Assembly (NCBI GenBank): GCA_010909165.1
Contig: MU008170.1
Span: 372,001 to 436,000 of the forward strand
DNA length: 64,000 bases
DNA from: Anthoceros angustus
Taxonomy: Eukaryota; Plantae; Anthocerotophyta
Reading direction: 5' to 3'
Shown: one piece after another, positions 24,886-35,417 of the stretch
Position numbering within the stretch: position 1 is the first letter of the stretch
How the letters are laid out: each line of letters opens with the position of its first letter
Notes under the pieces: model-generated
The model's database searches: none
Told to the model about the DNA's origin: nothing
Seen by the model: the letters and a program-made list of their open reading frames with translations, nothing else
Translations under genes and position numbers: made by a program

Positions 24886-25550
24886 GGACGTTTTCCAACC
24901 GATGCCGAATTTGAGGCTCTGAGTTCAAGTTCCCTGTGACAAGCCCTAAGCAAGCTGCGTTTCAGCGGTCGGTTCTAAGCTGAAAGTCTGACTCCTCCCG
25001 TTCATCGATCAAGGTTCCAAGCTAGCCAGGGACCCGTGGTACAATCTTTCGAATCCAGCCATTCAGGATCCTTTCGTTCCCCATGTGCACTGTTCCCCCC
25101 TTCCGTTTGATCAGAAAATTCCTCAATCCCCATCACTGCTGTCCATCTGGGTTGATCCGAGACTGCTATTAGCTTAAGTACAGCTCTCCGAAGAAACCAT
25201 CTCCTCCTGAAGCAAAGGAGATGGGGCACATTGCGTCTTGATTGTGTTCAACCTAGGCGACCTTTCCCTCAGGGATGCGATCTGGTGCAATACGTCGGCC
25301 TTTTTCGTTCTCTGTAGCATGCCCTCTCATAGTATTCAACCTCTTACTCTGTCTCATCCTCTTCTTAATCCTGGTCGAGAAGGGTCGTTGGCGAAAGGTT
25401 CCCAAAGTATGCACGTTTTCCCACCCAGGCCGAATTCGAGGCTTTGAGTTCAAGTACATTGTGACATGCCCTATGCAAGCTGCGTCTCAGCTGTCGGCTC
25501 ACAATCTTTCATGTGTTGTGGAGAGGACTAACTTCCAGTAGGAATGGTAC
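24886..25550 (+). pseudogene. Two isolated F-box 3'-end plus 3'UTR fragments (24886-24970, 25386-25550)
   Basis: DVFQPMPNLRL* and WRKVP..FPPRPNSRL*, each followed by gttcaagt..gtgaca.gccct. Confidence 0.8.
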
Positions 25551-25583
25551 TTGTCAGTACCATTCTGTATTTAATATACTTAT

Positions 25584-25830
25584 ATGTTGTACAAATTGTT
25601 GCATCCTGGAAATAATGTGCTTCTTGTGCAGAATACAAAACGATCAGTGACCAACATACATGTGAAGTCAACATTAGCTTGGATTCAGAGACTGAGAGGA
25701 GTGCCAGCTGCAAAGGGTTGTCTACTTCTCACAGCTTGGTGGCGGCTTCCATTTAAGTCAGTTGAAGTAGGATAAGGACCACCGGTTTATGCTGGTCCAG
25801 ACCAGCATAAACTTTGTGCTGGTCCAGCAT
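25584..25830 (+). pseudogene. Fragment of a BAHD acyltransferase last exon
   Basis: KRSVTNIHVKSTLAWIQRLRGVPAAKGCLLLTAWWRLPFKSVEVG*GPPVYAGP aligns to the 52322-52681 segment. Confidence 0.85.
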
Positions 25831-26745
25831 GGATACTTTGGACAGTCATGAATCCAATGGTCACAAAATCCATCAGAGGTCCAAGTAGGCAGACACACTA
25901 AATCTGACCCATTACTGCTCCAATGCTCAGACACAAAGCAGAAATCAGATGCACGAATGCAGTTCTTACAAGGCAAGCCAGCTTTGGTAACAGGGCACTT
26001 GGGATGGCAGGATGTCTGGCAGCGAGCCCGGCAGCAGCAATGCGTTCATTGCCCCAACAAGTCGGTTACCAAAGATGCCACAGGTTTGGCAATATTCCAA
26101 GCTTGCGGTGCAGGTGCTTCTGATTTAACCCTACAGAGATCAACCGGCTGCAATTCTGACTTCTCCTTTCATTGATCAAGCTTCAGAGCTAACCAGGGAC
26201 TCGTACCACAATGCCTTTTTGCTTCCGATTCCAGCATTCAGGAAGCTTTCGCTTCTCAGGTGCACTACTCTCCGCTTTCGTTTGATGAGACAATTCCCGA
26301 TCACTGCCGGTGAGGTGAACAATTCCATACCTCACTGCAGTAGGCTTTGCATCTCCTGTCACCTGCTTGCACCCTGGATCTTTCAGGGTAGGACACTCAA
26401 AATGAAATCTGTCGGCCGCGTTAAGAATCCATTGAACGAGCGATTGCCAGTACCTTTTCTTTCACGGGTCCGATTTAACTATCGGCCCTGGATCACTTGC
26501 CAGCTTCGACTTGCCATTTCTTTCACAGGTCCGATTTAAGTATCGGCCCTGGATCACTTGCCAGTTTCGACTTGCCATTTCTTTCACGGGTTTCTGTCGT
26601 ATCTCATGCCAGGCAACACATAAGCACTAGGCCAAGGGTGGGGTGTACGAACTTGCGGCAGACATCATTGGAGGACGTCGAGGACACGCAGGACATCGAA
26701 GGCCTTGATAAAGACGAGCGGGAAAACGGCGAAGAGGGTACCGGT

Positions 26746-28179
26746 ATGACTACTGTTCGGGAGCACTATGTTTGGAACGGGCTGGTCCCTGTCATGAACG
26801 AGGAGTTTCCTATTCCCATCCTGGATTTCCGTGAGTCCTGGCCAGCTGGAGGCAGTGAGGTGAAGAATGTTCCCAGCTTGATGCTTCACCTGGTTGGGGA
26901 AGAGCTTGGTGATGGCGGCTCTACCAGCGCAGCATGCAGTGTGCATGTGGCGCGCGACCAGGACCAGGACCAGGACCAGGACCAGGACCAGGACCATTTT
27001 GCGACATTGCCGGAGGACGTGGTCGAGGAAGTGCTGCTGTGGTTACCGGCGGCAGGGCAGGCCCGCTGCCGAGCTGTGTGCAAGAAGTGGCTTGCCCTGC
27101 TCACCGATCCAGAGTTTCTCCGGCGGAGCTTTCTCCAGTCGGTTTCGCGGAGGACGCCTCCCTTGTGTGCCTTTCGGCTGTGGCCAGGACGGGATTTGCT
27201 CAGGCCAGATGCTTTTTGCCCGCGCAAGCCAGAGTTAAAGAAAAGGCTTTCACCCCTGCCCATGTGCAAGGCCTTGAAAGTGGACCTGTCTTTCTTGCCA
27301 GAGGTGTTCCATTCTCACCGCTCGTGTTGCCGACCGATTCCGTCTGGTTTGATGTGCATTAGCCGTTTCCACTCAGAGCAGGGATTCATAATTTTCATAT
27401 GTGTGTTCAATCCATTGAACCAGAGCTTCAAAGTTTTGCCTTCGCTTCACATGTTTTTGGGGTATGGATGTGGTTGTGGTGATTGGAAAAGTCACTGGAA
27501 CAGGAAGCACTCCCAGCTTCAAGGTTTATGTCTCTGGTGTTCGACCAACCCCAAGGGATTGTGGGGTCCATCCTACAAGGACGTTGCCATCTACAGCAGC
27601 ATCAGTGATAAGTGGAAGGGCTTTGTAGGTCGGCGTGAAATGCAGAATGATGAGTGGTTGCCTGTGGGCTGCAATGGAGACTTCTACACGGTCGTGGAAA
27701 CGGCGAGGCCTCCCACCCGGCGGCTGGTGCGGCTTAGCACGGAGAGGGGTCCACGGTACCTGTTGGATATTGAATTGCCCTGCTTTGCGAAGCGTGTAGC
27801 GTGGCCCGGCTTGGAGAGGATCTCTTGGAGGAAGGAGTTGTTTCTGGCAGGGCACCGTGGGAGGCTCCTGTGCTGCTGCGGTAGTATTTGGATGTTGGAC
27901 GAGGACAGGCAGCTGTGGGTCGAGATTACGAGGAGGTGTCCGCCTCACATAATGTTACCCGACAATCGGTGGGACTTGTGGCGGAGTTTCGAGTTGAAGG
28001 GTGTGCACGTTGCTGGGGACCTCGTGGTTTTCGCTTATCAGTTGGTGTACCGCAATGGCGTTGATCGCCAAAATCGTCCTGTTGCTTACGACATGCTTGG
28101 ACGCTGCTGGAGACAGGTTCCCCAGGTTATCCTTGAAGCTGTGCAGATTTTCCAACCCATGCCGAATTTGAGGCTCTGA
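26746..28179 (+). CDS. Intronless F-box protein, subfamily B (DQ repeat), with compensating frameshifts
   Basis: LPEDVVEEVLLWLP..RCRAVCKKW..FQPMPNLRL; first in-frame ATG at 26746. Confidence 0.75.
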   Translation: MTTVREHYVWNGLVPVMNEEFPIPILDFRESWPAGGSEVKNVPSLMLHLVGEELGDGGSTSAACSVHVARDQDQDQDQDQDQDHFATLPEDVVEEVLLWLPAAGQARCRAVCKKWLALLTDPEFLRRSFLQSVSRRTPPLCAFRLWPGRDLLRPDAFCPRKPELKKRLSPLPMCKALKVDLSFLPEVFHSHRSCCRPIPSGLMCISRFHSEQGFIIFICVFNPLNQSFKVLPSLHMFLGYGCGCGDWKSHWNRKHSQLQGLCLWCSTNPKGLWGPSYKDVAIYSSISDKWKGFVGRREMQNDEWLPVGCNGDFYTVVETARPPTRRLVRLSTERGPRYLLDIELPCFAKRVAWPGLERISWRKELFLAGHRGRLLCCCGSIWMLDEDRQLWVEITRRCPPHIMLPDNRWDLWRSFELKGVHVAGDLVVFAYQLVYRNGVDRQNRPVAYDMLGRCWRQVPQVILEAVQIFQPMPNLRL

Positions 28180-28273
28180 GCTGTGCCTTGCCTTAACCAC
28201 GCTGCCTGTCAGCTGTCGGCTTACTTTTCTTTCCCTGTTCTGGACAGACCAGCGGTTGAACAGGCCATCATTT

Positions 28274-28347
28274 TGTCTGAACCCAGGATCGACCTGACGA
28301 TCTTCATTATGTGAGGCTTAAGTGTTATCCAACTACACCATCCAGAC
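28274..28347 (-). pseudogene. Degenerate tRNA-Val(CAC) copy
   Basis: Ends identical to the 22966 tRNA; anticodon stem unpaired, T stem damaged. Confidence 0.85.
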
Positions 28348-29165
28348 GGAGAGCACTGACCAGGCTCCTTCAAACATCTGTGTGGTACCGACGCAAGCCA
28401 GCTCTGGTAACCGGGCCCTTGAAAGGGCGGGATGTCTGGCAGCGAGCCCGGCAGCAGCAATGTGTTCATCGTCCCAACAAGTCGGTTCCCAAAGTTGCCA
28501 CAGGTTTGGCAATAGTCCAAGCTTGCGGTGCAGATGCTTCTGATTTAACCCTAGAGAGATCAACCGGCTGCAATTCTGACTTCTCCTTTCATTGATCAAG
28601 CTTCAGAGCTAACCAGGGACTCGTACCACAATGCCTTTTTGCTTCCGATTCCAGCATTCAGGAAGCTTTCGCTTCTCAGGTGCACTACTCTCCGCTTTCG
28701 TTTGATGAGACAATTCCCGATCACTGCCGGTGAGGTGAACAATTCCATACCTCACTGCAGTAGGCTTTGCATCTCCTGTCACCTGCTTGCACCCTGGATC
28801 TTTCAGGGTAGGACACTCAAAATGAAATCTGTCGGCCGCGTTAAGAATCCATTGAACGAGCGATTGCCAGTACCTTTTCTTTCACGGGTCCGATTTAACT
28901 ATCGGCCCTGGATCACTTGCCAGCTTCGACTTGCCATTTCTTTCACGGGTCCGATTTAAGTATCGGCCCTGGATCACTTGCCAGTTTCGACTTGCCATTT
29001 CTTTCACGGGTTTCTGTCGTATCTCATGCCAGGCAACACATAAGCACTAGGCCAAGGGTGGGGTGTACGAACTTGCGGCAGACATCATTGGAGGACGTCG
29101 AGGACACGCAGGACATCGAAGGCCTTGATAAAGACGAGCGGGAAAACGGCGAAGAGGGTACCAGT

Positions 29166-30603
29166 ATGACTACTGTTCGGGAGCACTATGTTTTGGAACG
29201 GGCTGGTCCCTGTCATGAACGAGGAGTTTCCTATTCCCATCCTGGATTTCCGTGAGTCCTGGCCAGCTGGAGGCAGTGAGGTGAAGAATGTTCCCAGCTT
29301 GATGCTTCACCTGGTTGGGGAAGAGCTTGGTGATGGCGGCTCTACCAGCGCAGCATGCAGTGTGCATGTGGCGCGCGACCAGGACCAGGACCAGGACCAG
29401 GACCAGGACCAGGACCATTTTGCGACATTGCCGGAGGACGTGGTCGAGGAAGTGCTGCTGTGGTTACCGGCGGCAGGGCAGGCCCGCTGCCGAGCTGTGT
29501 GCAAGAAGTGGCTTGCCCTGCTCACCGATCCAGAGTTTCTCCGGCGGAGCTTTCTCCAGTCGGTTTCGCGGAGGACGCCTCCCTTGTGTGCCTTTCGGCT
29601 GTGGCCAGGACGGGATTTGCTCAGGCCAGATGCTTTTTGCCCGCGCAAGCCAGAGTTAAAGAAAAGGCTTTCAATTCTGCCCATGTGCAAGGCCTTGAAA
29701 GTGGACCTGTCTTTCTTGCCAGAGGTGTTCCATTCTCACCGCTCGTGTTGCCGACCGATTCCGTCTGGTTTGATGTGCATTAGCCGTTTCCACTCAGAGC
29801 AGGGGATTCATAATTTTCATATGTGTGTGTTCAATCCATTGAACCAGAGCTTCAAAGTTTTGCCTTCGCTTCACATGTTTTGGGGTATGGATGTGGTTGT
29901 GGTGATTGGAAAAGTCACTGGAACAGGAAGCACTCCCAGCTTCAAGGTTTATGTCTCTGGTGTTCGACCAACCCCCAAGGGATTGTGGGGTCCATCCTAC
30001 AAGGACGTTGCCATCTACAGCAGCATCAGTGATAAGTGGAAGGGCTTTGTAGGTCGGCGTGAAATGCAGAATGATGAGTGGTTGCCTGTGGGCTGCAATG
30101 GAGACTTCTACACGGTCGTGGAAACGGCGAGGCCTCCCACCCGGCGGCTGGTGCGGCTTAGCACGGAGAGGGGTCCACGGTACCTGTTGGATATTGAATT
30201 GCCCTGCTTTTGCGAAGCGTGTGGCGTGGCCCGGCTTGGAGAGGATCTCTTGGAGGAAGGAGTTGTTTCTGGCAGGGCACCGTGGAGGCTCCTGTGCTGC
30301 TGCGGTAGTATTTGGATGTTGGACGAGGACAGGCAGCTGTGGGTCGAGATTACGAGGAGGTGTCCGCCTCACATAATGTTACCCGACAATCGGTGGGACT
30401 TGTGGCGGAGTTTCGAGTTGAAGGGTGTGCACGTTGCTGGGGACCTCGTGGTTTTCGCTTATCAGTTGGTGTACCGCAATGGCGTTGATCGCCAAAATCG
30501 TCCTGTTGCTTACGACATGCTTGGACGCTGCTGGAGACAGGTTCCCCAGGTTATCCTTGAAGCTGTGCAGATTTTCCAACCCATGCCGAATTTGAGGCTC
30601 TGA
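29166..30603 (+). CDS. F-box subfamily B duplicate with homopolymer frameshifts (gene, pseudogene or consensus error)
   Basis: Near-identical to the 26746 copy; indels near 29190, 30207 and 30284. Confidence 0.6.
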
Positions 30604-30697
30604 GCTGTGCCTTGCCTTAACCACGCTGCCTGTCAGCTGTCGGCTTACTTTTCTTTCCCTGTTCTGGACAGACCAGCGGTTGAACAGGCCATCATTT

Positions 30698-30771
30698 TGT
30701 CTGAACCCAGGATCGACCTGACGATCTTCATTATGTGAGGCTTAAGTGTTATCCAACTACACCATCCAGAC
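30698..30771 (-). pseudogene. Degenerate tRNA-Val(CAC) copy (duplicate of 28274)
   Basis: Same sequence as 28274-28347. Confidence 0.85.
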
Positions 30772-31267
30772 GGAGAGCACTGACCAGGCTCCTTCAAACA
30801 TCTGTGTGGTACCGACGCAAGCCAGCTCTGGTAACCGGGCCCTTGAAAGGGCGGGATGTCTGGCAGCGAGCCCGGCAGCAGCAATGTGTTCATCGTCCCA
30901 ACAAGTCGGTTCCCAAAGTTGCCACAGGTTTGGCAATAGTCCAAGCTTGCGGTGCAGATGCTTCTGATTTAACCCTAGAGAGATCAACCGGCTGCAATTC
31001 TGACGTCTCCTGTCCATTGATCAAGCTTCAGAGTTCGCTAGTACCATAATGTTTTTTTGGGACTCGTACCACAATGCGCGTTTTTTGCGTCCGATTCCTG
31101 CGTTCAGGACGTTAAGCTTTCGTTTCTCAATTGCACTGCTCTCCGCTTTCATTCGATGAGACAATTCCCCATCATTACTGCCGGTGACGTGAACAATTCC
31201 ATGGCTCACTGCATGACGTTTAGGGCGGCTCACTGCAGCACATGACATTTAGGGCATGCAACTCCGG

Positions 31268-31432
31268 TCAATCCGTCGGCCGCGTTACACATCGGGTTAA
31301 CATTCCAATGAAATCCGTCGGTTGCGTTAAACATCGGGTTAACATTCCAATGAAATCCGTCGGTCGGTCGCGTTAAACATCGGGTTACTATTCCAATCAA
31401 ATCCGTCGGCCGAGTTAAGAATCAACCCGATG
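31268..31432. repeat. ~41-bp tandem repeat, about 4 copies
   Basis: aatccgtcgg..cgcgttaaacatcgggttaacattccaatga. Confidence 0.8.
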
Positions 31433-31799
31433 TTCTCAGATAGGAAGGACATTCCAATGATTCCGATAAAATCGTCGACCACCTCAAGAATTAATTCAAT
31501 GCGGTGCACCAGACTTACCAAATCGGACTTGCTGTTGCCATTTGTTTGAGGGTCTGAAAATCGAGTCCGATTTTATTTTATAAAGGGAATCTCGCACCAA
31601 GAAATGATTTTCTAAAAGGCAACCTCCCACCAAGGCATACGATTTACCGCCGATTTCCATACATACAGGATCTCCGAGAGATTTAACTATCGGCCCTGGA
31701 TCACTTCCCCGTTTCTGTCGTCACTCCCTGGATCAGTTGCCCGTTTCTGTCGTCACTCGCCTGGATCACTTGCTCGTGTCTGTCGTCTCTCATGCACGG

Positions 31800-33290
31800 C
31801 AGACCTGGAGGACGTCGAGGGCATCCAGGACATCGAAGACCTTGATAAAGACGAAGACGAGCGGGAAAACGGTGAAGAGGGTACCGGCATGATCGATGAG
31901 GGGAACGTGTTGGGCCCTGTCTCCAACGAGGAGTTCCTTGTTTCCGTCTTGGATTTCCGTGTGTCCTGGCCAGCTGGAAGCAGTGAGGTGAGGAATGTTC
32001 CCATTTGATGCTTCACCTGGCTGGGGAAGAGCTTGGTGATGGCGGCTCTACCAGCGCAGCATGCAGTGTACATGTGGCGCGCGATCTGGACCAGGACCAG
32101 GACCAGGACCATTTTCCGACATTGCCGGAGGCCGTGGTGGAGGAAGTGCTGCTGCGGTTACCGGCGGCAGGGCAGGACCGCTGCCGAGCTGTGTGCAAGA
32201 AGTGGCTTGCCTTGCTCACCAATCCAGAGTTTCTCCGGCGGAGCTTTCTCCAGTCGATTTCGCGGAGGACGCCTCCCTTGTGTGCCGTTCGGGGGTTTCC
32301 AGGACTGGATTTGCCCAAGCCAAATTATTTTTTCGAATTCCCGTTCCCGCCCAAGCCAGAGGCAAAGAATCTGCTGTCAATTCTGCCGCGATGCAAGGCC
32401 TTGAAAGTGGACCTGTCTTTCTTGCCAGGGGTGTTCCATTCTGATTACTCGCAACTCATCATGATTCCGTCTGGTTCGATGTGCATTAGCCGTTTCCACA
32501 TAGGGCAGGGGTTTCATAACTTTCTTGTGTGTGTGTTCAATCCAGTGAACCAAAGCTTCAAAGTTTTGCCTTCGCTTCACATGTTTTGGGGTTTGGATAT
32601 GGTTGTGGTGATGGGAAGAGTCACTGCAACAGAAACCACTCCCAGCCTCCCACCTTCAAGGTTTATGTCTCTGGTGTTCGACTAAATTCCAAGGGGGGAA
32701 TGGGAATGGGTCCGTCCTGCAAGGACGTTGCCATCTACAGCAGCATCAGTGATGAGTGGAAGGGCATCTTAGGTCAGCGTGAAGTGGAGACAAGTGAGTG
32801 GTGGCCTATGGCCTGCGATGGAGACTTGTCGCGATTGTGGAGATGGAGAGCGCTCCCCCCCGGCTGGTGCGGATTACCACGGAGAGGGGTCCACTGTACC
32901 TGTGGGATATTGCATTGCCCCGCTTTGAGAAGCATGTGGCATGGCAGGGGGTCTCTTGCAGGCAAGAGTTTTCTCTGGCAGGGCACCGGCACCGTGCACG
33001 TGGAAGGCTCTTGTGCTGCTGCGGTGGTATTTGGACGTTGGACGAGGACAGGCAGTTGTGGTCGAGATTGCGGGGAGGTGTCCGCCTCACATAATGTTTC
33101 CCGGCAATCCGTGGCCCTTGGGGCAGGAATTGGGGTTGAAGATTGTGCACATTGCTGGGGACCTCGTGGTTTTCATTTTTGTGTTGGTGTAGGTACCTCA
33201 ATGGTTTTGATCTCCAAGAGCGTCCTATTGCTTACGACATGCTTGGACGCTGCTGGCGACTTTGCAACCCATGCCGAATTTGAGGCTCTG
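31800..33290 (+). pseudogene. F-box subfamily B pseudogene with several frameshifts
   Basis: Homology split over the ORFs at 32005, 32529, 32798 and 32941; ends caacccatgccgaatttgaggctctga. Confidence 0.8.
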
Positions 33291-33683
33291 AGTTCAAGTA
33301 CCCTGTGTGTCAGCTGTGGGCTCACATTTGTTTTCTCCTGTTCTGGAGAGTGTAGGATTGGAAGTAGTCGACAATACTTGGGCACCAGCCTGCGTTTTTA
33401 CCTCTCGACCTAGAGCGAGTTCCTGCCCCTTCGTTGTCATCCTCTAAGGTAGGAAACCCACGGGACATCCGATGCACTTGTCAGAGACGCCGTTGTTGTT
33501 GCCCAGCAACGTTCCTACCAAGAGAAGCCAAGCTGACTGGTTTCCCCGTTTTTCTTCATCAGAATCGTATGTTTCATGACCTCAATTATGACGCTTACTA
33601 GGTGTGTAGAGAGTTCTTGTGGACAAAATCGCGGCAGGGTTTTCGTGGAAAACGGCCAATCGATTCTGGGTCATGAGGGAACA

Positions 33684-33882
33684 TGTATGAACCCAGGATC
33701 GAACTGGTGACTTCTGAGTTGTGAGACTGACATGATATCAACAACAACAACTACTTTATTTATATCGCTAAGGATGAAAGGATTATCATGGGAATGAAAG
33801 GATCATCTAGGTCATGAGGGAACATGTATGAACCCAGGATTGAACTCGTGACTTCTGGGTTGTGAGACTAACATGATATCAA
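33684..33882 (-). pseudogene. Two tandem 5'-truncated tRNA-Val-like relics
   Basis: Reverse complement ..atcatgtcagtctcacaactcagaagtcaccagttcgatcctgggttcataca, twice. Confidence 0.65.
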
Positions 33883-33919
33883 TTTAGCGGACGAAAGGAT
33901 CATCATGCGACAATGGTAC

Positions 33920-34385
33920 AGCTAGAGACGAACCACTGCGTACATATACTCAGAGATAGAGACGACGAAACACCGCATAGTATATACAATTATGTGAAAC
34001 ACACCACTGCGTACACATACTCACGTCTGAACTACAGAGATAGAGACGACGAAATACCGCATGGTATATACAATTATGTGAAACACTGCGTATTACACAT
34101 AATTATGTACGCCTGAACTAGAGAGACAGAGACTTATGAACTAGAGAGACAGAGACTTAAGATGGAAAAGGAAAGCTAAAAGAGAAAGCTGAAAGAGGCA
34201 AAGGAACTATAAAGAATCCAACTGGGTCTGCCCAAAATCAAGAAGCTCTGAGAGACAGAGGTGCCGAAAGTCAAGAAGCTCATAGAGACATAGGTGCCGA
34301 AAATCAAGAAGCTCATAGAGACATAGGTGTCAAAAATAAGAAGCTTAGAGAGACATAGGCCATAGACATAGAGAGACATAGACTT
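33920..34385. repeat. Mosaic of short tandem duplications, including a ~30-bp unit
   Basis: agagatagagacgacgaaa.accgcat x2; aagaagctcatagagacataggtgccgaaa x3-4. Confidence 0.75.
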
Positions 34386-34762
34386 CTTTTTGATTGTAAC
34401 GAGCCCGAATAGGAATATAAACACGGCAATAGATAACCAGCTACAGCATGCAGACTCATGATAGGATACAATTTCAAGGTTGCATACGATGACGAAGGGG
34501 CACTGCGGTGACGGCGATCATCTCGCAGCATTTGCCGAGGCATGGCAGCCCAAATGTGATTAAAATGGAAGCATGAACACTCAACTTCAGGAGGACTGTG
34601 TTTTGCCTCGAGGTTTCGCCTCGAGTTCTCACAAGCCGACCGGTTTCTGGGCAATTTGTTACTTGGAAAGCGCCGTTTTCCTCATCACACTCGGTTAACA
34701 TAGTGTAGACGTTTTTGTCCTTCGAAGTTCTGTCACGGAGTCGAGATAGTGGCGGTGAGAAT

Positions 34763-34835
34763 CGTCTGAACCCAGGATCGAACTGGGACCCCGAGGTGGT
34801 GAATCTAACGCGGTAACCGATTACTCCATCCAGAC
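34763..34835 (-). pseudogene. Degenerate tRNA-Val(CAC) copy
   Basis: GTCTGGATGGAGTAATCGG..TTCAC..CCCAGTTCGATCCTGGGTTCAGACG; anticodon stem broken. Confidence 0.8.
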
Positions 34836-35417
34836 ATGTTACACGATATCTCATCTCAGCATGTTCTAGTTGTGGTTTGTCGCTAAAAAACGCAAACCGG
34901 GTTAATTCGTTTCTTCAGCATTTGCTGATGAGGCATGGCTGCCATGAGAAACCATACTCTTTGTGACGTCTGAAAGATCTTCCTTGTCAGCCTCGGCATC
35001 CGAGATGATGCATGTTGAGCTCATCAGCAGAGATTTAGACAAGTGTATATTCAACAGGCTTATCAGCTGCTGATGCACAAGCTAGAAATACTAGATCGGA
35101 TATTAATATATTAATACTAAAGAAGAGCTGATACCCCGTAACAAAAAATTTTGCACAACGGAAAGAAGCATAGCATGAGAAGGCTGGAGTTCGAGAAGAC
35201 ACAGCACGGGAATGGAAACGAGAGAGATGCGCCGTTACAGCCCACACAATCAAAGATTCAGAAACGCTGGCCCTAAACACTCTGGGAATGGGAAGCCAGA
35301 ACGCCAAGACGAAGGGCTCGAATCTCAGATGATGACGGAGAGGAGCTTGCAATTGCAGTGGATGGCAATAGAGCAGTGGTGTGGAAGAACAGTCCAAAGG
35401 GGAAGTTCGAGAGGGAG

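Larger units (their letters stand above)
26140..31000 (+). repeat. Near-identical tandem duplication, period about 2.42 kb
   Basis: 26140-28560 matches 28560-30985; differences mostly homopolymer indels. Confidence 0.92.

Noticed and set aside
25930-26050. Cys-rich minus-strand peptide (..PCKNCIRASDFC) resembling Zn2Cys6
   Set aside because: First half of the Cys pattern does not fit, and the duplicated copies lose it
33461-33475. gggacatccgat, and gtcccttcgg at 19150, resembling the U6 snRNA 5' end
   Set aside because: No ACAGAGA box or downstream U6 body; chance matches
28274-34835. tRNA-Val relics as a tRNA-derived SINE family
   Set aside because: No shared body or tail downstream of the tRNA part; better explained by segmental co-duplication
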